The notes beneath the pieces were generated by a model, which saw only the letters and a program-made list of their open reading frames with translations, searched no databases and was not told where the DNA came from. This document shows positions 1 to 11,100 of a stretch of 32,000 nucleotides of DNA, piece by piece. A program made the translations under genes and the position numbers. This DNA comes from Nostoc punctiforme PCC 73102 (GTDB taxonomy: Bacteria; Cyanobacteriota; Cyanobacteriia; Cyanobacteriales; Nostocaceae), in assembly GCF_000020025.1 (NCBI RefSeq), contig NC_010628.1, forward strand, positions 3,720,001 to 3,752,000. Reading direction: 5' to 3'. The stretch's first letter is position 1. Every line of letters begins with the position of its first letter.

Positions 1-324
1 CCTTCTGAATTATTTGAGCGTGTCTTTAAAGATTTACTACCTCAGTTACAACTTAATTGGCAGAAACGACTTAGGCGACCACTGCCAGATAGTGTTAAGT
101 TTGCATTGCATAATTTTGACCGAATTTGGATAGCTGATGGGTCAACGTTAGAAGCTTTATTCCGCAAGCTAAAAAGCCTGGAAAACTTGAAGGTAGGGCA
201 ATTAGCAGGTAAGATTTGCACAGTTATTGATTTGGTTAATCGTTTACCTGTCGAGGTTTAGTTTCACACTAACCCTGCTGCATCAGAGACTAATTTTGAG
301 GCTCAATTGCTAAATCTACTGCCC
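1..324 (+). pseudogene. Relic of an IS4/IS701-like DDE transposase gene (internal fragment entering from the left window edge)
   Basis: Frame +1 is open from nt 1: PSELFERVFKDLLPQLQLNWQKRLRRPLPDSVKFALHNFDRIWIADGSTLEALFRKLKSLENLKVGQLAGKICTVIDLVNRLPVEV. A TAG follows at 259-261, and the same frame then continues FHTNPAASETNFEAQLLNLLP. The IADGSTL...GK-x5-DL...LPVEV-[W]-xT layout matches my recollection of cyanobacterial IS4-type transposases, which have Trp (TGG) where the TAG sits. The expected downstream DDE core is missing after about nt 321. No terminal inverted repeat was seen. Confidence 0.55.
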
Positions 325-489
325 TCTGCCTTCCCCCAAGCGAGATCACCAAAAGTTGCCAAGAACCACATTATGATTCAAAGCATAGGTTTCTTCCCTT
401 TTAACATGAGTTCCTTTTACCCAAACCAATTAGCTCATTGCCAACATTTTCCATTAGCGATTAACCGAGAAATATTGGAAATTGTCCCA

Positions 490-1824
490 TCAATCAGCAA
501 CACTAAAATTTTCTTTGGTAGCGGTTTTGTCTAAAATTCGCAATGGGGTATAGAAAAAGCTAAACAATGTTACTAAAAACTGGAGTATTCCTAGCAATAT
601 GAATAATAATCCAATACCTCGCCCTGCTCCAGTACCAATAATCCTACCAATGCTACTAGCTAATGGGCCACTGTTAGATAAAAGTGGTTCAAATACATAA
701 TCAGCTAGCGGTCCTGCTAGGAGATAAGCAAGTGGTAATGATGAGCCAGCAATTATTCCCTGGAGAGCAAAGACTCGTCCTTGCACATTAGTTGGTACTG
801 TACTTAACATCAAGACTTCACTACAGCTAGCAATAAATGGAAAGCAGAACAACCCACCAAAGACTGCTACTGCAATAAGTTGTGGTGAGGGGTACAATCC
901 TGCAAATACTATACAAACTCCTAGTAGAAGTCCGAAGCCCAAGATGCCGTAAACTCGACGTTTTGGGCCTCCCCAAACACTCATCACAAGACTACCAACC
1001 AACGTACCAATACCAGCAATGCTTAGTATAGTTCCAACTGTTGCGGAGGAAACAAAAGCTAGAAGCATAGGTATGATAAGTATACTGACTATTCCTACCA
1101 GAAAATTACTAATAGCGAAATATATTAGAAGTCCTAAAAGACCAGGACGTGTAACGATATAATTCCAACCATACATCACATCCCTTTTTAGAGAACCTAG
1201 CCCTTGTTTACCTTCATTACTATTTTTACTAGTAGTTTTGCGTTTGGGAAACCTAACAATCAAGAGGGCTGCTAAGGAGCAGAGGTAAGTTGCAAAGTCA
1301 ATCAGAAGTACACCCTGAAGTTGGAATTTGAAAACCAGTATTCCTGCCAGTGCTGGAAGAAAAAGTTCTGACGCAGATTCGCCAATTTGTACTAATCCAC
1401 TGGCATTACCGAGGTTCTTTTTGGGAACAAGTAAAGCAGTAGTTGTAGCACCAGCTAGCTTCTGGAAGACGTTGCAAACTGAGATGATAGAAATGGAAAT
1501 ATAAATATGCCAAATCTGAATTGTACCAGTGAAAAGTACTAGTGTAATAAATAGCGTAGCCAATGCTGATCCAGCGTCACTAAGTATCATTGTCCAACGA
1601 CGATCCCAGCGATCTACTAATGCACCAGCAATTGGTGATATTAACAAACCAGGCAACGTAGTAAATAAAGCAGTAAGTGTAAATTGGGTAACTGACTTTG
1701 TTTGCTCATAGACCCAAAAATCAAGGGCAAAGCTAGTAAGCCCTGAACCAATAAGAGATATGAATTGTCCGAACCAGACAATGATAAAAACCTGTAATTT
1801 CCGGTTTATAGCATATCTCTTCAT
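490..1824 (-). CDS. MFS transporter (12-TM, EntS/MFS_3 'transmembrane secretion effector'-like), probable exporter of the cluster product
   Basis: The ORF is highly hydrophobic with about 12 predicted helices split by a basic central loop (FPKRKTTSKNSNEGKQG). The N-terminal signature FGQFISLIGSGLTSFALDFWVY...PIAGALVDRWDRR is typical of this MFS subfamily. I prefer the ATG at 1822-1824 (MKRYAINRK...) because GGAGG lies 5 nt upstream. The ORF-track start at 1878 is a TTG with no Shine-Dalgarno sequence. The stop is TGA at 490-492. Confidence 0.9.
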   Translation of the reverse strand: MKRYAINRKLQVFIIVWFGQFISLIGSGLTSFALDFWVYEQTKSVTQFTLTALFTTLPGLLISPIAGALVDRWDRRWTMILSDAGSALATLFITLVLFTGTIQIWHIYISISIISVCNVFQKLAGATTTALLVPKKNLGNASGLVQIGESASELFLPALAGILVFKFQLQGVLLIDFATYLCSLAALLIVRFPKRKTTSKNSNEGKQGLGSLKRDVMYGWNYIVTRPGLLGLLIYFAISNFLVGIVSILIIPMLLAFVSSATVGTILSIAGIGTLVGSLVMSVWGGPKRRVYGILGFGLLLGVCIVFAGLYPSPQLIAVAVFGGLFCFPFIASCSEVLMLSTVPTNVQGRVFALQGIIAGSSLPLAYLLAGPLADYVFEPLLSNSGPLASSIGRIIGTGAGRGIGLLFILLGILQFLVTLFSFFYTPLRILDKTATKENFSVAD

Positions 1825-1829
1825 CCTTT

Positions 1830-1834
1830 CCTCC
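1830..1834 (-). promoter_or_regulatory. Shine-Dalgarno sequence (GGAGG) of the MFS gene
   Basis: The minus strand reads CAGGAGGAAAGG-ATG, with GGAGG 5 nt upstream of the ATG at 1824. Confidence 0.7.
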
Positions 1835-2117
1835 TGTTTTAAATAAATAGAGAGCAAATCTGAAAATGGAATCCCCAAAAAGCATTCCTCAAATTATGAT
1901 AAAACTCACATAAAAATTCCTAAAAAGCTTATTCTGTAGAACTTTTAATGAAGCCAATAATTGTAGAAAGTGTTTAATTTATGTAGGGTTGTGGTTTTTC
2001 AATGGGCAAAAATCTCTTAAGATAATTATGCACTACTTGTTCTAATTGATCGTGAAAATTTCATGTTAATTTTGCATATCATTGCATTTGGTAATTAGAG
2101 TAGTGCAATATCGAGCT

Positions 2118-5100
2118 TTAATTAACTACTTGTGCATTCTCAATACAAGTTCTTAGTTTTTCAGCTAAAACCTGGACATTGGGTTCATTCAGCATTGTTG
2201 CATGGTTTCCTGGAACAACATATATGTCCAATGGTTTAGTAGAAAAATTATCCCAATCCAACCTTGTATCTTCTAAACTCTCAGAGTTTTCAGACGATAC
2301 ATTTTCAGTCTCGCTAGATATGAAGCAGGTAATTTTATTTTCATAAATATTTTGCGTTGTATAAACTATTTGCATATTAGTCTTGTAAACTTGCATTAAA
2401 CCACGAAGTTGTTTAATACCAATACCAGCAGGTAGTAGATTAGCCATTTGTAAGCGCTCTTGGAAGTATTGTAATTGTGTATCTGGTGTCAAAGACTGGA
2501 GAATTTCGTAAGATATCTCTAAGCTTTTTCCATAGAATTGCTCAAATAAGAAGCCAATCTCGTTTAGCCAATCAGCATCATCAATCTCAACATTTTGTTG
2601 AACAGTATCAATATTATCTATATTCTCTGGCGCACCACAGTCCAAAAGTGCAAGTAGAGCTACTTTATGTCCTAGCTTTTGTAACTGGCAAGCCATTTCA
2701 AAAGCTACCATGCCTCCTAAAGAATGACCTCCCAAAAAATATGGGCCTTCGGTTTGAACGGACTGTATAGCTTGAATATAATGTGTTGCCATTTCTTCAA
2801 CACTTGTATGGGGTGTTGATTCCCCATCAAGACCGAGTGCCTGGAGTGCGTAAAACGGTTGATCTCGACCTAAATGATGGGCTAGATTGTATAAATAGAT
2901 GCTATTGCCACCAGCGCCAGGAATACAGAAGAAAGGTCGCTTATAACCATTAGACTGAATTGGTACTAAGGACGACCAACTTAATGTATCCATTGGCTGA
3001 CGAAGAATACTTCCTAGATTTTCAATGGTTGAGTTTTGAAAGAGGACTGCCAAAGGCAGAACTTTACCAAATTGCTGTTCAATCTTAGCCATCAATTGGA
3101 CAGCTAGAAGCGAATGACCACCGAGGTCAAAGAAGTCATCCTTTACCCCTATAGGATAGATATTTAGAATTTCTGACCAGATTTGTGTTAGTTGCTGTTC
3201 AACAATATCTAGAGGTGGAACAAAACTAGTGTCTATAGTTAGGCTATTTATATCAGGTACAGGTAAAGCGCGACGGTCTATTTTGCCGTTAGGAGTCAGG
3301 GGCAAAAACTCCAAGAGAACGAAAGCCGAAGGAATCATATAATCAGGCAGACTTGACTTTAAAAAGCTTCGCATTTCAATAATTGTGGGTGTCTGCTCTT
3401 GATATGGCACAAAGTAAGCAACTAAGCGTTTATCACCCTTGATATCTTCTCTAACTATGACCGTAACTGCCTGTAGCTGTGGGTGTTGGCTCAGTATTGC
3501 CTCGATTTCTCCTAACTCAATGCGGAAGCCACGAAGTTTAACTTGGCGATCGCTCCGCTCTAAGTATTCAATATTGCCATCACTTAAGTATCGAGCTAAG
3601 TCACCTGTTTTGTAAAGACGTGCGCTCTCTTGTTGGCTAAAGGGATTGGCAATAAATTTTTCTTGTGTCAATTCAGGGCGGTTGAGATAACCGCAAGAGA
3701 CACCAGAACCACCAATGTACAGTTCACCAGAAATACCAATTGGTACTGGCTTTTGGTACTGGTCTAGGATGTAAATTTGAGTGTTAGCAAAGGGTTCTCC
3801 AATGGGGACTAGTCCATCGCTCAACAAGCTGACTGCGGCAGTTTCAAAATAGGAACTGTCAATAGTAGCTTCAGTCACTCCGTAAGAATTAATCAACCGA
3901 GTTTCATTGCTAATAAAACGCTGGAACTGCTGATAGTCCTTGATATACCAGCTATCTGAACCAACTATTAACAATTTCATAAAACTCAGGTCTTGCTCTG
4001 TTCTCTCAAGATATTGAATCAAGTTTCTGAGTACAGCTGGCACAAACTCTGCACAATCAATGCTTTGTATTTGCATTAAATGATAGAGTTTTTCTGGTTC
4101 TAAAAGTAATTCCCGTGGGCAGATAACTAATTTACCACCAGAACAAAGCGATCGCACTACATCCCCAGAAAACACATCAAAGGAGAAACTGGCCATTTGT
4201 AAATGACTAGTACACAAGCTTCGCAGTTGGTAAGCATCTTCCCAAGCTAAATATGCGTTGACTAGATTTTGATGAGTGACCATGACTCCTTTGGGCTGAC
4301 CTGTTGACCCTGATGTATAAATTACATAAACTAAATTTTTTGAGGTAGTATGATTGACTAAATTAGTCTCGCTATGTTGAGTGATTAAGCTCCAGTCACT
4401 ATCTAAGTAAACCACTTTTGCTTGATGTTGCGGTAGCTGCTCAATTAGTCGCTGTTGAGTAAGCAGTACCGAAACTTGAGAATCTAACAACATATAACTC
4501 AGACGCTCAGAGGGATAATTGGGGTCAAGAGGTACATAAGCCCCACCTGCTTTGACAATTGCCAATATTCCTACCACCATCTCTAAAGAACGTTCCACAC
4601 AAATTCCCACTAGCACGTCTGGTTTGACACCTAAAGTCTGTAGGTAGTGCGCTAGTTGATTAGCTCGTAGATTCAGTTCCCGATAAGTAAGTTGTTGGTC
4701 TTCAAAGACAACTGCCACGGCATCTGGAGTCAGCTTTACCTGCGCTGCAAACAACTCATGAACACATTGATTCTGCGGATAATCTTTTTGCGTATCGTTC
4801 CATTCCCAAAGTAATTGCTGTTGTTCTGATGCTGTCAGCAGTGGTAATTCCCAAAGTTGCTGTTCTTGATTTGCTGCCATTCCTTCGAGTAAGGTTTGGA
4901 AGTGTCCCAGCATCCGGGTAATTGCATCAGCATCAAAGCGATTACTGTCGTAGTTAATACTTAAAAGTAATCGTAAGCCAGGAACAGATGTCACTGTTAA
5001 AGGATAATCTGTGATTTCCATACCTGCTTGGACATTAGAGACATCCAAGCTGCCATTTTGTTGTTGCACAGCAGCATCTACAGGATAATTTTCAAATACA

Positions 5101-8100
5101 ACTATGCTCTCAAACAAAGGCATACTCCGTGGTACTTCACTCCAACCCTGAATTTCCACCAGTGGAGTATAAGAGTATTGCTCACACTCCACCTGTTGCG
5201 CCTGTAATTCCTTCAACCAAGGCAACAAATTCATCTCTGCTGGGACAGACACTCTTACTGGCAAAGTATTAATGAACAGCCCCACCATCGATTCCACCCC
5301 CATCAAGTCTGGTGGGCGACCGGAAACAGTAGCACCAAAAACTACATCAGTTTCCCCACTATAACGAGATAGTAAAATCGACCATGCTCCCTGCACGAGA
5401 TTGTTGAGCGTTAATTGATGGTTTTTGGCAAAAGCTTGCAGAGCGGCTGTAACTGGCTCAGATAAATGAATTTCTTGTTCGCTGTAACCAGATTGTTGCT
5501 GGCGATTAGTCAGTGGTTTATCCACCATTAAAGGAGTTGGCGCAGTAAAACCTTGAAGCTTTTGCTGCCAAAATCTCTGTGCTTCTGCTAAATCCTGCTG
5601 CTGTAACCAGGCGATGTAGTTTTTGTAAGCTGCGATCAGTTCAAAACGGAAACTTTTCCCTTCACAGATGGCCTCATACAACTCAAATACTTCTTTAAGA
5701 ACCAAAGGTAAAGACCAGCCATCAAGTAGTAAATGATGATGACTCCAAATAAATTGATATCTATCTGCATCCAATTGGATGAGATTCAGGCGTATCAATG
5801 GGGCAAGTGAAAGTTGAAAACCGCGCCGCGCTTCAGATTCTAAGAAAATATTTAACTTATTTTGCTGTTCAAGAGCAGACAATTCTTGCCAATCATCAAT
5901 TACCAAAGGTAGCTTCACTTGACGATACACTACTTGGAGGGGCTGGTGATGATTTTCCCAGATGAACCCAGTACGGAATACCGAATGTCTGTCTATCACT
6001 TGCTGCCAAGCTTGTTCAAAGTTTTCGATTTTTAAGTTGCCCTTGAATGTACAACTCAACTGCTCAAAATACGCTCCCGATTCAGGGGCATACAAACTAT
6101 GAAACAGCATCCCTTGTTGCATGGGTGACAGGGGATAAATATCTTCCAGATTTTGATATTTAATTTTGCTTAATTGGACATCAAGTTGTGCTTGAGTCAA
6201 CTTAGCTAAGGGGAAATCGCTAGGAGTATAACCCCCAGCATCAGGAGATAAACAATGAGCTATTAATGCTTGCAATGTTTGAATAAACTCATTCGCCAGG
6301 TTTTCAACTGTGGATTGTTGATGGATATTGCTGCTATAAGTCCAATCTATTTGCAGTTGACCTTCAGAAATTAATCCACCAATATCTAATAAGTGAACTC
6401 GGCAACTTTGCAAACTTTGGCTTGCTCCCACAGGTTCATCAGCTAATTTAAATCCAGATGATGTATCTAAAGCTTGGTCAAATTGTCCCAAATAGTTGAA
6501 GCTAATCTGCGCTGGCAAAGATGTCTGTAATTGAGTAGTGATTTCCTTATTTGGATGCAGATAACGCAGTACACCATAACCAATTCCTTTGTGGGGAATA
6601 TGTCGCAACTGTTCTTTAACTAACTTTAATGTCTTACCTAAATTGTCAGTGGCTTCCAGTTCTAACAACACAGGGAAAATCGTGGTAAACCAACCAATAG
6701 TTCGGGATAAATCTACATCGTCAAAAATGTCTTCCCGCCCATGTCCTTCCAAATTTAATCGCACTAAGTTAGAGCCAGTCCATTTACTGATAACCTGCGC
6801 TAAAGCAGTCAGCAATATATCATTAATTTGGGTATTATAAACTCTTGGGACTTCTTGTAAGAGTGCTTGGGTTTCTAGCGCATTCAATGATACTGACACC
6901 AACCGTGCAGATGTGACAATATTCGACCCATTCACATAATCTACAGGTATCGGGAGAACTGGTTTTTGGGAACAGTTGAGCCAGTATATGAGTTCTTCTG
7001 TAAGTGCATCTGATTTTGCATACTCACTCAACCTTTGCGCCCAATATTGATAGGATGTGGTTTTGGTAGATAGCCCAATTGCTTCACCACGACTTAGCTG
7101 CTGATAACCTGTCTGCAAATCATCTAATAATATTCGCCACGAAACACCATCTACAGCTAGGTGATGTATTATCAACAGTAATCGACTAGATTGGTTAGTA
7201 CCAAACTTAATCAGTAATGCTTTGAACAATGGCCCAGTAGAGAGGTTGAGTTGGACTTGGAGTTCGCCGCCAATATTTTCCAAGGCTGCTAATTGCTCTT
7301 GTGGTGAAATGGTGGATAAATCTACCACACTCAAAGACACTGCTTCTTCAAAATCTGCGTTTACTTGCTGCCAACTTTCTTCCTTTAGCGTAAACCGCAA
7401 GCGTAGTGCATCATGATGCACCAGTAATTGCTGTAAGACCCGCTTTAAGAGTTCTGGTTTTAGGTCTGATGGTACTGAGAGCAGGACTGATTGATTATAG
7501 TGATGGGGTTCGGGCTGATTTTGCTCAAAAAACCAGTGTTGAATCGGTGTTAGGGGTACAAGTCCTGTGACTAAACCTTGTTGTGCTTGGATTTTTCTGG
7601 TTGTACCTGCCACTGCTGCTAACAGAGCAATTGTCTGATGTTCAAACAACTGCTTGGGACTTAAATGAACTCCGGCGAGATTGGCTCTGGCAATAATTTG
7701 TAGACTGAGGATAGAATCGCCACCGAGTTCAAAGAAGTTATCATGAATCCCTATTTGTTCTACTCCTAGCACCTCTGCCCAAATTTTACTAAGCATCTGT
7801 TCTATCGGTGTTCGGGGAGCTACAAACCTGTTTTCCAGTTCCCGCCCTGATTCTGGTGCTTTTAAGCCACTGCGGTCTACTTTGCCGTTAGATGTCAGTG
7901 GTAAGACATCCAAAAACACAAAGGCTGCCGGAATCATGTACTGGGGTAGCTTTGAACCCAGGAATTGCCGCAGCTCATTGACGCTGATAGCAAGCTGTTG
8001 ATTGAGTACCAAGTAAGCAACTAAGCGTTTATCACCAGGGTTATCAACTCTAGCTAGAACTACAGTTGCTTGAACATCGGGATGTTGACTAATTGCGGCT

Positions 8101-11100
8101 TCAATTTCTCCCAATTCGATGCGGAAACCGCGAATTTTCACCTGGTTGTCGATGCGTCCGAGATATTCTAAGTCACCATTGCCAAGATATCTGGCTAAAT
8201 CCCCAGTTTTGTACAATCGGGCATTTGGGTCATCATTAAAGGGGTGGGCAACAAATACTTTCGATGTCAACTCTTCTCGATTGAGATAACCACGGGCTAA
8301 CCCTGCACCCCCCACGTACATTTCCCCAGGAACGCCCATCGGCAGTAATTGCCTATTTTGATCTAAGATATATACCTGTAAATCTGGGATAGGACAACCA
8401 ATCACACTGCCAGCATTGCTGCTCAAATCTGCGATGGTGATGGGACGATAAGTTACATGAACGGTGGTTTCGGTAATTCCATACATATTCACCAACTGCG
8501 GCAATTTGTCTCCGTGGCGCTCAAACCACGGTTTTAAGCTTTGAAGTTCTAATGCTTCGCCGCCAAAGATTACCCATCGCAGAGCTAAACTTTCTGATGT
8601 CTTTATAAGTTCCTCAGTTTGTATCAACTGCCCGAAGGCTGAAGGTGTTTGATTTAAGACTGTTACTTGTTGTTTGCAAAGTAATTGATAGAAGTCAGCC
8701 GGAGAACGACTTATCCAGTAGGGTACAATTACTAATCGCCCACCTTTGATTAATGCTCCCCAAATTTCCCACACTGAAAAGTCAAAGGCGAAGGAGTGGA
8801 ACAGCGTCCATATATCGTCTTGATTGAAGTGAAACCATTCTTCTGTAGCAGTAAATAGCCGCACAATATTGGCGTGATTAATTAAGACACCTTTGGGTTT
8901 ACCTGTAGAGCCAGAGGTGTAAATGATGTAAGCGAGGTTGTCTGGTGTGGTAAGTCTTGGAGGGTTGTTTGCACTTGATTGAGCGATGAAGTCCCAATCG
9001 CTATCGATGCACAAAATTTGCGCTTGATTTTCGGGAAGATTTGGCAGTAGTTGCTGTTGGGTTATTAATACTTTGACTTGGGAATCTGCTAGGGTAAAGC
9101 TGAGTCGTTCTTGGGGGTAATTGGGGTCAAGCGGTACGTAAGCTCCTCCGGCTTTGAGAATTCCTAAGATGCCGATAAGCATTTCTATGGAACGTTCGAC
9201 ACAAATACCGACTAAGATATCTGCACTTACACCCAAACTTCGCAAGTGGTGGGCTAGTTGATTGGCTTTTGTGTTTAATTCTTGGTAAGTAAGTTGCTCG
9301 TTTTCATATACAATTGCGATCGCATCTGGGCTACGCTCTACCTGCAATTCAAATAACTCATGGATGCATTGATTTGGGAGTTCTTTGATTTGTGTGTTTT
9401 CGGATTCTTTGAGTAATTGATTTTGCTCGGTTTTTGTCAGTAGAGGTAATTTCCAAAGTCGTTGAGTTGGCTGGGTTGCAATTGCAGTAATTATTGTCTG
9501 CAAATGTCCTAGCATTCGGGTTATGGTGGCAACTTCAAAGCGGCTAGTGTCATAACTGATACTGATGGACAATTCCGAACCGGGAGCAGCTAGGAGTGTG
9601 AGAGGATAATTTGTTTGTTCTATGCAGTGAATATCAAAAATATCTAGGTTGCTATCCTGTTCTTGCATAGAAGCATCAACTGGATAATTTTCAAATACCA
9701 CAATGCTCTCAAATAGAGGCATTCCCCCTGGTATTTCGCTCCAACCTTGAATTTCTACTAGTGGAGTATAAGAGTATTGCTCAGATTCTACTTGTTGTGC
9801 TTGTAATTCTTTGAGCCAAGGTAATACTTCCACGTCTTCGGGAATAGTTATTCGCACTGGCAAGGTGTTGATAAATAATCCTACCATTGATTCTACCCCC
9901 AGTAGCTCTGGTGGACGACCAGAAACAGTCGCTCCAAAGACGATATCTGTTTGCCCACTGTAACGGGAGAGCAATAGCGCCCATGCTCCTTGGATGAGGT
10001 TGTTGAGCGTGAGTTTATGTTGCTTGGTGAATGTCTGGATGTTTGCGATCGCATCCCCACCAATCTGCATTTGCTGGGTGTTATAGTTTGACTGGTTCGT
10101 TCGCTTGCTTAATGGAATTTCAACTGTTAACGGCGTTGGTACACTAAACCCGTTTAATTTTTCTTGCCAAAATACTTTTGCTTGTTCTAAATCCTGTTTC
10201 TGTAACCAGGCGATGTAGTTCCTGTAAGGAAGACTCGGTTTGTCGTTGAAATTTCTCCCTTGACAAATGGCTTCGTAAAACTCGAATACTTCCTTAAGAA
10301 CTAAAGGTAATGACCAGCCATCAAGCAATAAATGGTGGTGGCTCCAAACGAATTGATATATATCTGCATTCAATTGAATCAGATTCAGACGCATCAATGG
10401 TGCAAGTGAAAGTTGAAAGCCTTGCTGCTGCTCAGATTTGATAAAAATTTCTAGCTTATCTTGCTGTTCGCTAGGAGATAGTAAACGCCAGTCGTTAATT
10501 TCCAAAGGTAATTTTACCTGGCGATATACTACTTGTAGGGGCTGGTGATGATTTTCCCAAATAAAAGCTGTGCGGAAAATTGAATGCCTAGCGATAACTT
10601 GCTGCCAAGCTTGCTCAAAAGCTGGTAATTCTAAGTTGCCTTTTAAGGTACAACTTAACTGCTCAAAATATACTCCTGACTCTGGCTCATACACACTATG
10701 AAAAAGCATTCCTTCTTGCATGGGTGAGAGTGGATAAATATCTTCGAGATTTTGATATTTTATTTTGTCTAGTTCTGCATCAAGTTGCTTTTGGGTGAGT
10801 TGAGCTAAAGGAAAATCAGTAGGAGTGTAACCGCCAGCTTCAGGAGATAAACAATGAGCTATTAATGCTTGCAACGCCTGGATAAACTCTTGAGCTAGAT
10901 TTTCAATTGTGGTGTGTTGATGAACATTGTTGCTGTATGTCCAATTTATTTGCAATTGACCGCCGACAATTAATCCGTTAATCTCTAGTATATGACTGCG
11001 ATCACTATACAAACTTTGACTAGCCCCAGCAGATTCAGTTGCTAATTGAAAACTACCAGATGTACTCAAAGCTTGATCGAATTGTCCCAGATAATTGAAG

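Larger units (their letters stand above)
3270..4765 (-). other. Adenylation domain A3, ornithine-type code
   Basis: Contains FDVFSGD, CAEFVPA, LLIVGSDSW and NSYGVTEATIDSS; the Lys codon is at 3282-3284. The code reads D-V-G-E-I-G-S-I-D-K if the G of IVGS is aligned to position 301, which equals the canonical Orn code. The alternative register gives D-V-G-E-L-V-S-I-D-K. Confidence 0.8.

Noticed and set aside
307-534. A 75-aa plus-strand ORF (MLNLLPSAFPQARSPKV...).
   Set aside because: Its first residues simply continue the disrupted transposase frame after the TAG at 259-261, and the 'M' is a TTG codon. The rest has no recognisable features, has no Shine-Dalgarno sequence, and overlaps the 3' end of the convergent MFS gene. 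I treat it as part of the pseudogene/spacer rather than a gene.
1825-1878. An 18-codon N-terminal extension of the MFS ORF (MGIPFSDLLSIYLKQEER), as given in the ORF track.
   Set aside because: The start at 1876-1878 is TTG without a ribosome-binding site. The ATG at 1822-1824 is preceded by GGAGG at ideal spacing, and the extension covers that Shine-Dalgarno sequence.
1960-1965. A TACAAT hexamer on the minus strand, considered as a -10 box for an exporter promoter.
   Set aside because: The whole gap is AT-rich with several equally good -10-like hexamers and no convincing -35 partner. This is not supportable without transcript data.
2477-2770. The other short ORFs inside the synthetase and MFS genes, on the plus strand or in alternative minus-strand frames. 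Examples are 1529-1711, 2477-2770, 6589-6840, 7222-7416, 9781-9984, 14258-14458, 14765-14989, 15759-15962, 17364-18012, 18555-18737, 19068-19489, 21400-21594, 22189-22456, 24237-24479, 24950-25225, 25762-26094, 28963-29166 and 31197-31385.
   Set aside because: All are fully embedded in much longer ORFs with clear domain content. They have low-complexity or Ser/Arg/Cys-rich translations typical of off-frame reading and lack ribosome-binding sites.
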